From NCBI RefSeq assembly GCF_006345805.1, contig NW_021831752.1, positions 186,001 through 250,000 of the forward strand: a stretch of DNA of 64,000 bases, in the 5' to 3' direction. The notes below the pieces were generated by a model that was given only the letters and a program-made list of their open reading frames with translations, was not told where the DNA came from and did no database searches. This document shows positions 13,198-25,740 of this stretch, piece after piece (the stretch's first letter is position 1; every line of letters begins with the position of its first letter). This DNA comes from Octopus sinensis (taxonomy: Eukaryota). The position numbers were made by a program, and so were the translations under genes.

Positions 13198-13903
13198 TCA
13201 AATAACTTCAAAAAAAGAAACAGCACATCGATCAATTTGAAACCCAACAATTTTATCAGTTTGAACATTATCATTAATAGTAAGCATACCAACACTCCCC
13301 TCTGTCGGATTATACTCAACCCTCACAGAATGTGAAACCAACTTTTTCCAAAACCCAGTCACACAACGAGCACATTTCACAACCACAACCAACAACCCAG
13401 AAACAGCAAGTGTCCTCACCACTGACTCAGCACAATCTTCCCTCACAGAATCAATAACCAACATATCCGATTGTGGCTTAGTCATGCCAAGTTGAAATAA
13501 ACTAATTAATTCGTCTGTGGTTGATTTTGGTCGTAAAATTTTAATTCTGGCACAGCACTGTTTTATTAAGGCATCCGAGACCTCAGAGGGTCCATTGGAT
13601 AGTTTTTGTTGGAGAATATTTATAAAATGTATCATTGAGAAGGTATGGGAGGAATCCACTACAAGAACTCTTTTTTCGGCCCCACCGTGGCTGATTGGTG
13701 AAATACAGTCGGAGACCATTCTGAGTAGTATGAGGGACTTGCCACTGTTAGATTTACCAAAAATCATGACGATATTGGAAGGCTTTAAAGGATTGTGTCC
13801 AAACAGTTTAGGACATATTGGAGATAAGTCAGAATTATGTAAAACTCGGTGAAGTAGCTAATATTTGGGATTTATATTTTACTACCTGAGTCCCGGTTTC
13901 CAT
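13198..13903 (-). CDS. XRCC2: RAD51 paralogue XRCC2
   Basis: METGTQ|LLHR N-terminus (cf. ESGTELLAR), Walker A GKSNSGKS, HGG..K.VL.VD, MLVIDS; one 28-nt intron. Confidence 0.88.
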
Positions 13904-14178
13904 AAAAGACACACAAAACTACCCGCCTAAATGGATTTAATTTTATTATACTTAAACTAATTAATTCAAATAAATTAATTATTTTTAAAAGGTATTGCCC
14001 TGTTTTCGAACGGGAAAATAATTATGTATTCTGTCTTTAATGTTATTTAGCATATTATTTGTTGATGTGTATTATTTAATGTTTATTAAAAATGTTATTA
14101 ATTATTGTGAATATTAAATTAATAGTAATTTAATAAATTCCTATCAAATAGTAAATAAGCAAATTCTTTGTGGTCACG

Positions 14179-15522
14179 ATGAATTGTCCAGAAGAATTAG
14201 ACGTTTATAGAATTCCCCACCTCCGAATGAAGAATATGATGATCTACTGCACAGAACTGGTACAAACTACTCCCAAGACTACTCATAGATCGAGGAAACT
14301 GATTTCACCAATCAAGAACACATTGATGTGATGTACTCAATGCTACAATCTGCTTTCTCCCTCCTAAAAGGCCACGAACTCATAGAAGACACAATCATTC
14401 TGGAAAGACTCCGAAAAAAGATCATGGCAGAATGTGGGGACACTTCCCTGATTGACCAGTGTCACGGAGAGGCCATAATCGACAACTTTATGGGCATTAT
14501 TCGCCTGTTAGTCAGCAGAGAACTACATTTTCCGGACTGCCTGTCCCACAGAGAGTACATCAGTTCAAGTCTGGCTGATTTTGACCGTATTTTCACTCCG
14601 CATATGCTATCTGAGGAAAATATGTTTATTCCTCTACTCCGACAGTTTATGGGGTACGACGAACTGAGAATGATCCACAATATTGTCCTCAAATGCCACG
14701 ACAGTATTCAACCACATGTACTCACTAATTGGCATTCCCCCGACACGAGGACTGCTATGCTCTCCTCCTCTTTTATTGATATTCTCCCTTCTCCTGTCCT
14801 TGTTGATATATTTCGGTTTCTGCCTGTCTATCAACTCAAAACGGTGGCGGAGGTTTCCAGAAGGTGGCGACGAGTGGCTTATTCTCCACAACTGTGGACG
14901 GATTTGGTCGTTTCTGACTTGACTTTTTACTATCCACGTTTTTCTCTGGATGGTCTCTTTCATCGAGTGAGGTTTTCTATAACAAGACTGTCGTTGGCGA
15001 ATTGTGAGTTGGATGTTGGAATGTGTGTTTTTACTGTTTTAGATTACTCATTTGGTGTCACTTTGTCCACTTTTGACACATCTTGATATTTCTGGAAATG
15101 ATGTCACTGATGGTCTTTTTTTGAAATGTCGTTTATCGAGACTTACTTCGCTTAATTTGTCTGGGTGTGTTTCTGTGGGGGATGATGTTTTGAGGAGTAT
15201 TTCTGGGCTTTCGTTACTCCAAAGACTTGATTTGTCTGGGTGTTATCGGATTACGAGTGAAGGATTGTTGTATGTTTTGTTTTGAGTGATAGGAAGAGCC
15301 TTGGTGGGTAAATTGGTTAATTTAGTGGGACTTAACTTGTCGGGTTGTCCGGGGATATCTGGGGGGGATTTGACTCGTTTGGTGGAGACTTGTCCTCGGT
15401 TGTTACCTCAGGATTTGTATTACTGTTTTAACTTGAGTGATGGCCCATTTCCCGATCTGGCCAATGGATGTAACTCGATTTGTTCTGGAATGTATTGCTG
15501 CATTAACACTGACTATTATTAA
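14179..15522 (+). CDS. FBXL5: F-box/LRR protein 5 (hemerythrin + F-box + LRR + 2Fe-2S tail), ~419 aa
   Basis: PEELDVYRIPHLRMK, HELIE, PHMLSEE, F-box LPSPVLVDIFRFL, LRRs, YYC..GP..D.ANGC...CC tail; introns of 29, 28 and 27 nt. Confidence 0.93.
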
Positions 15523-15719
15523 TATTCACTAATACATTTTATACTACTTTTTTGCTGTAGTTATATTTATTTATTTTTACCCCAGGATTATTTGGTTGTA
15601 AGGAAAAAAAAATCTTATAGCTAACTAAGTGATCTCAGACAATGGCAGTGGTGGTTTTGTCCGACGTGGACGAAAGTCTTGGATGGCTCACCAAAAAGGG
15701 CATGTTACGATTTTTGAGG

Positions 15720-17300
15720 TAATTAGACTAGAGTTCGTATAGGGGACTTGCAGAAATAGAGGCTGTCCTCACAATTTTTTGTTGCTTTTTGATGGGAACC
15801 TCCAGGGTGCTGAATAAATTGTTTCGCCCAATTAATTTTTTGTCGACTTTATTAATTGTGGATAATTTTATTAGGGTGGAACGGGAGATGGTCATTGACC
15901 ACGATTCGCATGCGTAGATTAGAGTTGGTTGTATGAATTGATGATATATCAGTTGGTAAGGTCTTAGCGTTCCTTCCGAGGGGTTTTGAAATTAGCTTCA
16001 GGATCCTCATTTTCATGAGCCCCGCAGTGACCCGATTTTCGACATGTTTTGCAAATTTGAGTCCTTGATCGAAGGATCGTTGGCGTGGCCGTAAAAGGTA
16101 TTGTCTCGTTGTTAATCATGATTAAAAGTCTTCTCGAATAATGTTGTTTGCAAGTGGTGAATAAAGTTACAAAATACTTCCAGTCGTAGTTGTTTGTACC
16201 GTTTGGGATGTTTTCATAAAGTCTATCATTAACAGGAATAACGATATCGTCAGCATTAGAGAGGAGGAAACATTTGTCGTTAGTTTATTCTGGCATGTCG
16301 TATACATATATGTTGAATAGTGTGGTAGCTAGAGGGGAGCCTTGAGGGACCCCATTCGGTAGGAGGCGTGTGATCGATTTCACGTTGTTGCAGATAACTT
16401 GTCCGCGTCTTCCACTTAGGAAGTTAGCAAGCCATCTTTTAAGATTGGAGTGAAAGTTCAAATCAAAAATTTTCTTTGTTATTCTTGAAACTGAATCAAA
16501 TGCTTTTGTAATATGCAAGAAAACAAGAACAGTAGGGATTAACCAGGACTTCTTCGTGATGTGTAGCGGTAGGGGTTTTGATGGATTTGATCATATTCCA
16601 CACCCTTCTAACAAAAAAGACAGAAGAGAGATTGTCCATCGTCTACCGTTTCGTATCTTTAACTTTGATCTGCCTGTCAATTTCACGGTTAAGAGCGTAT
16701 ATCCTAGTTATGTCTTATTTTTGAGATGTTTCTTCTTTTTTAAAGAGTTTCGGTCTTTTATCAGAAGATTAATCCGTGATCCAAGAAGATTGACTGCCCA
16801 TCGGTATGAATAACTGTCGCTTTGATGAGAATTGCGTTGAACTTTCTGACCATTTGTTCAACTGTTGCAGAGTGAAAAAGTAAAAAAGACCAACGGAACT
16901 TTCAATGTACTGCGTGAAGCCTCTCCAGTTGCGAGGTTGTAGTTGATAGTGGTAGGATACAATCCTCTTTTCCGTGTTTTCGTTTTGACTTGCAGGAATA
17001 TATGATTGTGGTCACTCCTAGATTCAATTCAGGGACCAGTCGATGATAGAAGCCAAGGATGGAAATTTCAGTAAAATATCAACTGAGAATCTGTGAGTAC
17101 AGGAAAAAATAAAATCAGAAAAGGAAGATATATGTTGACTAAAGTTATCAAACGTCTCGAAAGACCAATTTTTATTGCCACAAGCTCAAGTTTTTCGCAA
17201 TCCATAATCAAAATGCACACATTGTCAGTAACATCACGTTCTGAATGATACTCAGGATACCTCCACCAACTTTCCCATGTCTGTCTCAACGAAAAACTGA
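15720..17300 (-). mobile_element. Degenerate LINE (AP endonuclease + RT), I/Jockey-like
   Basis: ITLVNIYLP (APE), KAFDSV, WLANFLSGR, GVPQGSPLATTLFNIYV, ADDI; frameshifted. Confidence 0.85.
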
Positions 17301-17665
17301 ATATCCGAGAAACCTTGGAGTTAAATTCTGGGCAAGAGTTTAGATTCTTGAAATAGTAATACGTCGATGTGGTGTTTTTTAAAAAGGTTTAAGATTCAAG
17401 AAATTTGTTCTTTCCCATTTACACTGAGCTGGACTATCCTAGCTAGGTCAGGGTTTGAGTTCATTGGCCCATCCTTTACGGATAGAAAAAGTGAAACTTT
17501 TTTTTTCCAAATGTCATTTGTCATATCTAAGGAAATTATATAAATGAATTATTATGAGAGTGATGAATGATTTAGCTGACTATAATTAAGAAATTCTAAT
17601 TGTATAATGTAACTTTAATAATTATTAAAATATTAAAAATTAATTCAAATATTTGTCACGTGTGA

Positions 17666-18327
17666 ATGGATGAGTACTCTCGGGAGCCGTGGTGGGTCTC
17701 TAAATTTATTTTGCAGTCCATGGAGAATAATAGACGACTGTGGGGGTGCATTCGCTATGGGGGCAATCGGAGGGAGTGTCTTCCATACCTATAAAGGCTA
17801 CGTCAATGCCCCCTCTGTAATCCACCAATATCAATCTCCCAGGGAATCCTCAAACGTATAGCTGGAAGTTTCAACACAGTTTGTTCAAAGTCCCCAATCA
17901 CAGGAGGTAGGGTACCCACGTTTACACTCAGGCAACTTTGCGGTGTGGGGAGGCGTATTTTCGACCGTGGACTGTGCTATGGTCTCTCTTAGGCACAAGG
18001 AAGGTTGTAATGTTAGTTCACCTAAGGACCCTTAAATTCAATTGTCAGTGGGGCAGTGACGGGTTCTGTCCTTGCTATTCGGAGTATTGGTAGTTTATTA
18101 TTTTTCAGAGGGGACCGGGGCTATTATTGGTTCGGGAATTGTCGGTTGTTGTTTTGAGGTATTTTAGGCGGAATTCTGTTGGCAATGATTGAGGGGGCGG
18201 GTGTTATTTTTTCTAAATTTACTGCTGAACAATTTCGACCTGGTCATATTTTTGAAGTCTATTTTTAGTGGATCCCACAAAGGAACCTCCCCCTAATCAA
18301 CAGTCGGGTGCTACTTCTTTTTTCTGA
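17666..18327 (+). CDS. TIMM17: Mitochondrial inner-membrane translocase Tim17
   Basis: MDEYSREPC|[12 protein letters not shown]...[13 protein letters not shown]...[10 protein letters not shown]; seven GT-AG introns of ~23-26 nt. Confidence 0.95.
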
Positions 18328-18461
18328 TAATTCATATAAATGAGCTTTTTGTTTTTAATATGAAATTCTTTAATAAAAATTATAATACATTTTTTGTTTT
18401 TTGCGTGTTTTTTATTAATAAATAACTCAACGTTTATGACAAATTTTGGCATATTCTAGAA

Positions 18462-19712
18462 CAGTGTTTTCCGATTCGTTTTGAGTTCGGACCCCCAAAA
18501 ATTTTTAAAGTCAACCTGGCACCCCCATTTTTAAATCTAACAGAGAATTTTATTAAAAAAATCATTAAAAAATTATTTAGGTTGCTTGAGATTTTTCTTT
18601 CCTTTTAGTCTTAATTAATTCTTCGAAACGCGGTTTTTTGTTTGCTAGTGCAATTCTGAGATCGTTTTCAGGGCTAAGAGAGTTTCTGTTCTTATTTTTT
18701 AATATAGTAGAGATGAAAATCGAGATTCACATAACCAAGTTGTTGCAAATGGTTAGAACTTCCAGTCTATCATCCATCTTTTCCATTTTGAAAACAAATG
18801 GATTCGCGGTCTAGGTATCCGAATCTTTGATATTTCCGAGTAGAAAATATCCATCAAATGAATTTTTTAAACATTCAAGATGATTGTTGATTTCTTTTTT
18901 AATAGTTTTATCAAAAGTCAAGTCGGAATGAATAGCAACTTTATCCAACGTTGCAAAATTGGCAAAATTATTGTCCTGAATACGGCGAATCCATAACAAA
19001 ACTTTATTCCTAAGGCATTTAGATTGTCAGAAGCATTAATAATGCTTATCCCTTTCCCTTGAATTAAAGATTCAACTCGTTAAGGTGATAAAAAATGTCA
19101 TCCAAATATGCCTGGATTGAAATTTTTATGGAAGAATTCTTTATGTCCGAAACAACTTGATTAAAAATATCATCACTGATACAAATAATTCTATCCCGGA
19201 TAAAATTATTTGACAAAGGAATCTGCTGCAATTTTCGTGAGGCGTCCAGAACTGTTTTCACAATTTCCAATGCATACGGTTTAATAAGAGTCTTGGCAAT
19301 AGTATGCGACTTCTTCAATTTTGTAACTTCATATGCTACTTGGAATGATGCTAAAAGTAGCGGTTTGTCAATGGAGGTAAATCCATGCTTCGGAAGCGTT
19401 CCCTTAATATCGTATCTGACCCTTTTAGTCTTCAAAAATTCGAAATCATTTCCTGAACGTTTTTTTTCCCCGTGCATAACCAAAAATGCTTGTGCAGCTT
19501 CGATGGTTTCAAATTAGAGTTAGAAAAGATTGCATCACAGAGGATGCACTGGGGTCGATCGATTCCATCAATAATTATTTTCGTAAAACCATAGTTAATA
19601 TGGTCTTCATTCCATTTTCGAATTTTGACAAACGTTGGCATAAAAACCACAAGTTTTTAAAAATATATTTTAAAAAAATATAAATGTACCCTAGGGGGTG
19701 CGGGTAGCACTG
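18462..19712 (-). mobile_element. Internally deleted hAT (Buster/ZBED5-type) transposon
   Basis: CAGTG...CACTG ends; flanks ttcTAgaa/ttcTAgtc (decayed 8-bp TSD with central TA); PQCILCDAIFSNSNLKPSKL BED finger and ASFQVAYEV..KKSHTI. Confidence 0.85.
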
Positions 19713-19777
19713 TTCTAGTCAGGAAGCACTTTTCTGAATAAAAGTGTTAATTAATGGAAACAAGAAAAAAAGAGAAG

Positions 19778-20190
19778 TTAACTAAATTAGATGAGTCGGC
19801 GAGCGGATGGACAGGCAATTTCCACGTAATATCGCGAACGATATCCGCTGAAAAAGCCAGCTCGTTTCACGACTGTCGTGACTCCTCCTCGAGATGATTA
19901 AACCAAGCTTTGGATCCAATTATCCCACTGGTCTCGAAAGTCAGAGGAATGAAGCAGCAGGTATCGGTCAAAGAGCCATATTTTGCAGTTTTTCTAGATT
20001 CGGCAAAGGCAGATGCAGATCCAGGACGAGAAGCGGAGTCAACCAGCGATGATGAGGAAAATGAGTCTACGCAGGTAACATCCCACACGAGTGCCATTAG
20101 ATTCCTGAATGAGAATAAAGTGACCCATCAGGGCGTTTTCCGTTCCCACGGTCCAGTCCTACCGTTTCTAACATTCAGAGGAATTGATGG
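19778..20190 (-). mobile_element. CRE-like retrotransposon 3' fragment (REL endonuclease)
   Basis: PWER..LVWDVTCVDS...AESRKTAKY...FIPLTFETSG, then a small deletion and FQRISFAILRGN. Confidence 0.88.
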
Positions 20191-20339
20191 TCTGATTGAA
20201 ATTTGGTGTAAAAATTAACTCAAATTGGACATAGTTGTGTTGAAGAAGTAACTTTGTTAATAACGTTGACTTATTTAAAATATAGATTTCTGGATAATCA
20301 ACTTGAAGATATCATAAACTTGAATGTCTGATTCAAAAG

Positions 20340-20800
20340 TTCAATACTAACTAAATGACGTTTTCAGGAGGGCTCTGGTTTCCCTTCCACTCCACAGCCA
20401 GTCGGCCTTTTTTGGAAAGCAGGTAAGCGTCCCGACGGGATGAAGACCTTTTTATGTGAAGGCAAGTCCCTAGTCTTGGATGCCATTTGCGGCGACTTTT
20501 TTCGGCGAGGATGCTACCCAAGATTTGCAGTAACGCGGACTCCGCAGTGCTCAAAGCTAAGAGTCAAAAAGACCTAAATCCCGGACCCATTTGAGTTTGC
20601 CCTATTTCCTCCCAAATCTCAGGAATTGTCGGCAATGCCGTGACTCAACTTCTTACAGAATTGGTAGGAGAATCTCCTTGAAAAGAAACGATTTAAGAGA
20701 AACGATTTGGCTCTTATAGCTAATTTTGGTGGCTGTGCTCCGCGAAAACTGGCATTCAATACGCAGTGTGGCGTCATTGAGCAGACCCTTAGGCTCTCAA
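20340..20800 (+). mobile_element. Diverged RTE-family 5' region
   Basis: Co-linear similarity to 53480-53600 (ctggtttcccttc.actc.a.ag.cagt; gacctaaat). Confidence 0.45.
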
Positions 20801-21168
20801 CTACTCTTTTAGCCACCTATCCTAGCTAGCATATAACCTTTGACTATTGTTTTATAACTTTTTTATTGCATTTAACTTTCCTTTACACTTACAGACATCA
20901 TGTTTAATTTTGAATTCCTTCAACAAGTTAATCATTCAGAAATTACTCGACATGTATAATTTTACATTTTCCAATACACAACTTATGGCCTAATTGAGTT
21001 AATTTCTTTAAATCTGTTTTCTCAAACCAAATCTTAAAAACTTTTCTTTCCAAAATAAAGTTGTTTTTTTATTACCAGAAACCGATAAGTCATCTTTCAA
21101 CAACTTTACTAGTCAAGAATTGATATTTTTACTATTCAAAACATGATTGAATCAAAAAATATGAAATT

Positions 21169-22549
21169 TTAATCACTAAGTAGGCGGTACATCAAAAGCC
21201 CACGATCAGTAGCCAATGCAATCGTGTCCTCAGTCGGATGCCACTCACAGTTCACGATTTTACGACTAAACATTTTGGAACATGTTGATGAGGTCGACCC
21301 GTCCAAATCACCCCCCGAACTCAACGAATCCTCCAAAATAGGAACTTCAAATATTTCCCCATCAACCCCCAACGTCAAATCTCGACTGGGCGACCCAAAC
21401 ACACGGAAACACTCCCCATACATCCCCGTCAATATAAACCTAAAATAACAAATAAAACCACCGATCCTGAGGAGCCAATGCCACTTCAAACTTATCAAAA
21501 AGACAGCCCCTCTCATAAAGCCGAATAGAGTTGAAAAAACTGGCATTCTCAACATTATACACCGCGAGGGGTTCTTTCTCGTAGGACAAATCCCATATTT
21601 TAATATTAATTGCATCTCGGACTATAATCTGTCTGCCGTCCCCATTAAACTTGACGTCCGAAACCCTGCAGAACAGTTCATTGTAGACCCCCAAGGCAGT
21701 CCCGTCCTTGAGATTGCCTCCGTAAACTAAACAACTATGATACGACTATTTCATTGCTCAGACTTTTAGAATGACGATCACAAAGGGCCTTCTTCCGCAT
21801 ATCACACAGCCTCACCGACCCATCACTGCAGCCATAAACAAAAATATTCCCAGCAGAGGGGTGGAATACAGAACAAGTAATCACAACTGCCACATCCATA
21901 ATATTCGCAGGCATTAAATCCACAATATCTGACAGTAAACGTGTTATTGGCTTACTGAAGCTCTTATCGCTCACTTCCTGGTTCCACAAGTTGATTCTCA
22001 GTTCGTCGGCGGAAAGGAAGGTCTCCATGTCCGAATTGGGAGAGATGGAGTGGACGTGGTATAAATGGCCGTTCGAGAAGGTCCTTCGTTGGGAAATTCG
22101 TTTAGGACCTCGATCGGACAATTTCCACAATTTAATTGTTTTTTCTGATAAATTGACTGGACAAATCAAACCATTTGTCGTTAAAAGAAACCGGTGGGCA
22201 TTCGGCTGTCGAAGCCAGCAAATTTCGTTTATTTTTGGCTCAATTCTGAGACTTTTGAGATAATCAAATCTCGATTCGTGACTAACAAAGTCCCAGTGAC
22301 TTTCATATGTCTATATTGCTAATTTTAAAGGGGTACTTTAGAGTCGTAGGTTTTGTAAAGAGTTATCAGCCCATCCTCGTCCCCAACCGCAAGAAGATCG
22401 CCGGTTTGGTTGAATCTGATTTTGGAAATTGGTGTTGAACTGACTACTTTAAGGTTAGATTTTTAGATTATACTGCTGTTTGATTTCTCTTTTATCTCGA
22501 TTGGAAACCAGCTGAGTTTGTTTTTTGAACTTTGAAGTGGAGGAACCAT
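21169..22549 (-). CDS. PPP2R2: PP2A regulatory subunit B55 (WD40), divergent
   Basis: FDYLKSL.IE.KIN, LLTTNEKTIKLWK, FSNGHLYHVHSIS.NSD.ETFLSADELRINLW, VSDVKF, CLFDKFE, WHPTEDTIALA. Confidence 0.92.
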
Positions 22550-22739
22550 CACTAAAATTAATACAATGAGACTTAATTTAATTTGAATTTTTATTAAAGA
22601 AACAACGTATTTAAACCAAGAAATTAAAAATTAAATTAATTAAAATTTTCAATCTGCTTTTGTCCGTACAATGGCGATTCCGTGAAGGAAGATCCACAGG
22701 GGACTGTTTCATGAAATTGGAGCCGATATAAAAAACTAT

Positions 22740-23460
22740 CGATGGGTAGAAAACTTCTTGTGTGGAAGGAAATCTTTTTTTCGCTGTGGGAACCGCTTAT
22801 CAGGATGTGTGGAACTAAAAGGGGCGTCCCGCAGGGATCTGTCTTGAGTCCACTTCTTTTCAATCTCGTCTTGTCGGATAATCCCCTGTTGTCTGTATGT
22901 ACTGGCAAGTTTGTCATCTACGCTGATAATATCCTGGTTGTGGATATTTCGAAAAAGATATCACAGTCTTGGAGACGACTGAAATCGTACATTGCCGAGT
23001 TAAAGAAGTGGAATGCTGAGAAGGGCTTGACCATAGCACCCGAAAAGATGCGAAGAGGAACGTGTTGTGCAGTCTATGCTATGAGTCGTTATGATATGGA
23101 TCTCTCCAAGAGTTTGAATCTACACTACCTCGGAGTAATAGTCAACTGCTGTGGTTCGTACGCTGACCAAGTATTTAAACAGAGGAAGAAAAGAGTTAGA
23201 ATACTCAAAAGCTTAACCAGGTTTCATTGGATCCGGAAACGTACATCTACGTCTACAAAACGTGTGTACAGCCAGTCCTCACATATGGCTACGAGGGTCG
23301 GTACTGTATGGAGGAGAGTGACTATCTTGTCGAACAGTTGAAAAAAACAAGACGTTTTGCATTGAAACTGGCTTATGTAGTATAACTTGACGGAAGGCTA
23401 GAAAGCTCGCAAGAATCTTCTGTACCCACAATCCAAATGGTCTTGAAGAAAAGTTGTAGA
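22740..23460 (+). mobile_element. 5'-truncated LINE RT fragment
   Basis: GVPQGSVLSPLLFNL, IYADNI, YLGV, QPVLTYG. Confidence 0.85.
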
Positions 23461-23469
23461 CTATAATTG

Positions 23470-24310
23470 GGGATACGCATTGAGAGAGACACTTCGGTGC
23501 CTCGTTTAATCTCCCCGTTAACGATCTTTCCGTGTTTTCTTTCGGTTTTTGTTTTTTTATCAATAAACGACATTCTATTCTATTCTAATTTTTCAATTTA
23601 CTCGTCCTTCCTGAACAGGGGCATCAACTTGCTTGATCCTCTTGCTATTATTTCGCCCTTCCTCAGAGTATTTGTCACCTCATTCGTGTTATCATGTCTT
23701 CTCTTTTTTGAATTATCTCCACTTTATAAGTGTTCCACACTTCATAATTTTTGTTGAGAATCAATGCTTTAGTCATTAAGTCTTCAAAATCATGTTTATA
23801 TTCTATGAATATACTTTCTAGCGTATTCGTTAATGCAATCGATTGGATGTACGCTAGAACATTGTCTTTAATGTCAATCAAATCCATATTTATTTTAAAA
23901 TACTTTGAAGCGATTGCATCCCAGTTAATACAAAATTGAAAATATTTTTATTTTGGTTTTGTAAATTATTTCTAATTCACTTGTGAGAATATCATATTTA
24001 TCAAGTTTTCAACTGCTTTTAAATTATCCATAAACTTCACTCCAATCTCTATTAGCCATATCTGGTTTATTTTTTGTCGTATAGGAAAATGTCCGGCTTG
24101 TTATATTGAATTTTTAATTCGGTAGGAATAGTAGTATCAACTCGTATTTCAACACAATCGTTGGTATTTATGCTTTGAATAGAGTGAATTTTAATTTTTT
24201 TAATTTTTTGAATTCAAATTTTCTTCATAAATGCATCTGCGTGCATTAACAATTTTGTTATGTCGCCTTGTATAATCAGACTTAACCATTTTATTCATCA
24301 AGTTGCCAAA
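23470..24310 (-). mobile_element. R4/Dong-like non-LTR element, restriction-like endonuclease (REL) region
   Basis: DYTRRHN, VEIRVDTTI.TELKIQYNKPDIF.YDK..IWLIEIG, PIVLTWD, AYIQSIALTNTLESI. Confidence 0.75.
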
Positions 24311-24489
24311 TAGTCGACTGTTTTATTCGAAATTTTGCAATGTGGGAATTTTAAATCAAGCTTGCGGAAAAAATATTCCTGTTTTGAAAAAGGAAGAACA
24401 TGGCTTCTTTCGCCAACCATCGCTTTCGTGTAAAATGTACATAGTGTTTATCCTTAAATTTTATATTCAAACTAGCACGGTTTTTTACA

Positions 24490-25299
24490 TCCTTGTTTGA
24501 TATCTAAAATGTCTTCTCGCTCAAATAAGAAAAGTCGTCATTATCAAAACGAATATTTAAAAGATGGGTTTATTCAAAGTACTGTAGATACAAAACTTTA
24601 TTGTCTTATTTTTTAATATTTTTTCTCAAATGAGGCGACGAAGCCATCACGATTACAGGATCATTTAAAAGATAAAATGTCAAAGCCGATTAAATATTTT
24701 CAAACTTTAAAATACAATTTTGAAAATAAGAAAACGATCAAATCGTTATTCACAAAGCCAGTACATGATGGTTATTTAACATTTATTTATATGTAGTTGT
24801 GGGTGCGCAGATCGCTTCTTATAAATTTGCTGAAATTATTGCAAAAACTTTCAATTCTCATACTATCGCAGAAAATGTAATAATTCTATCACTGGAAGTA
24901 ATAATATCGGATGTAGTGCATCAAGATGCTTCTAAAATTATTAAAAGTCTACCTCTTAGCAATTATTCGATTCGTCAAAGAATTGATGAATGGGTAATAA
25001 TGTAAAAGAAATTCTTATTAAAGACGAAGTAAGTTTTCTTTACAAATTGATGAAAGTTTCATTGTATATACTAAAGCTGTTTTAATGGGATTTGTGAGGT
25101 TATTTTCGAATTTTTAATAAAATTTATGTATTTCGATAATGAATGTGTATTCAATTTTTACATTTGATTTATTGTTTTATATTTTGATTTTTGAGCTATA
25201 TACAAAAAAACAATTAATAAAGGGACAATTCACAAATTTTTTAAATTGTATGCAAAATATCTAAGGGGGTGATGAACAAAAAAAGGTTGAGAATGCCTG
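24490..25299 (+). mobile_element. Truncated hAT (Buster-type) element; left end not resolved
   Basis: YQNEYLKDGF, KPSRL, ASYKFAEIIAK..SHTIAENVI, PLSNYSIRQRIDE; right terminus aaaaaggttgagaatgcCTG followed by gtgTAcat. Confidence 0.75.
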
Positions 25300-25339
25300 G
25301 TGTACATTCTGGGTTGTGACGAAAAAGGCCATTATTAAC

Positions 25340-25740
25340 ACACAGTTTAAAGATTTCATAGAAGTGATCGAAACCTTGATTTGCTCTGGTGTTGGGGGCA
25401 TCATATTTGCCATCTTTAGTGGCTAGCCTTTGGTTTGACGCTATAAGATTGGAGTCGTCGATTTATTTGGAGGAGAATTTTGATGCAAACGAAATTTTTC
25501 GGTAAAAGATTAAGTCCAGGTGTCGTTATTTGAAGATTCGGCGGACTCTTGGTGACTTTGGAGTCCCCATTTCTATCCTCGTGGTGTCCTTGATTGATTA
25601 CCTGTTTACTGATACACAAGTTCTTTGGTTTCTTATTCGTACAGAAATTACGGACACCTGTTGGATTTCAGTTGACTAACGTAACCCAACGGAATTGGGT
25701 AGTTGATTCACAAAATTACGGAAGCTTGTTTGATGTTTAT
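25340..25740 (+). pseudogene. SLC4 (band-3-like anion exchanger) pseudogene fragment
   Basis: ETLICSGVGGIIFAIFSG*PL fused by deletion to RRTLGDFGVPISILVVSLIDY..|KLRTPVGFQLTN; contains a stop codon. Confidence 0.75.

Noticed and set aside
15270-15297. GA-AG intron in FBXL5
   Set aside because: A canonical 27-nt GT...AAG intron gives the sensible GLLALVGK.
15655-15680. Hammerhead-like GTCC-loop-GGAC-GAAA
   Set aside because: The required CTGANGA core is absent immediately upstream.
21665-21770. Possible GG-AG intron in B55
   Set aside because: An all-canonical alternative splice path exists; it cannot be resolved from DNA alone.
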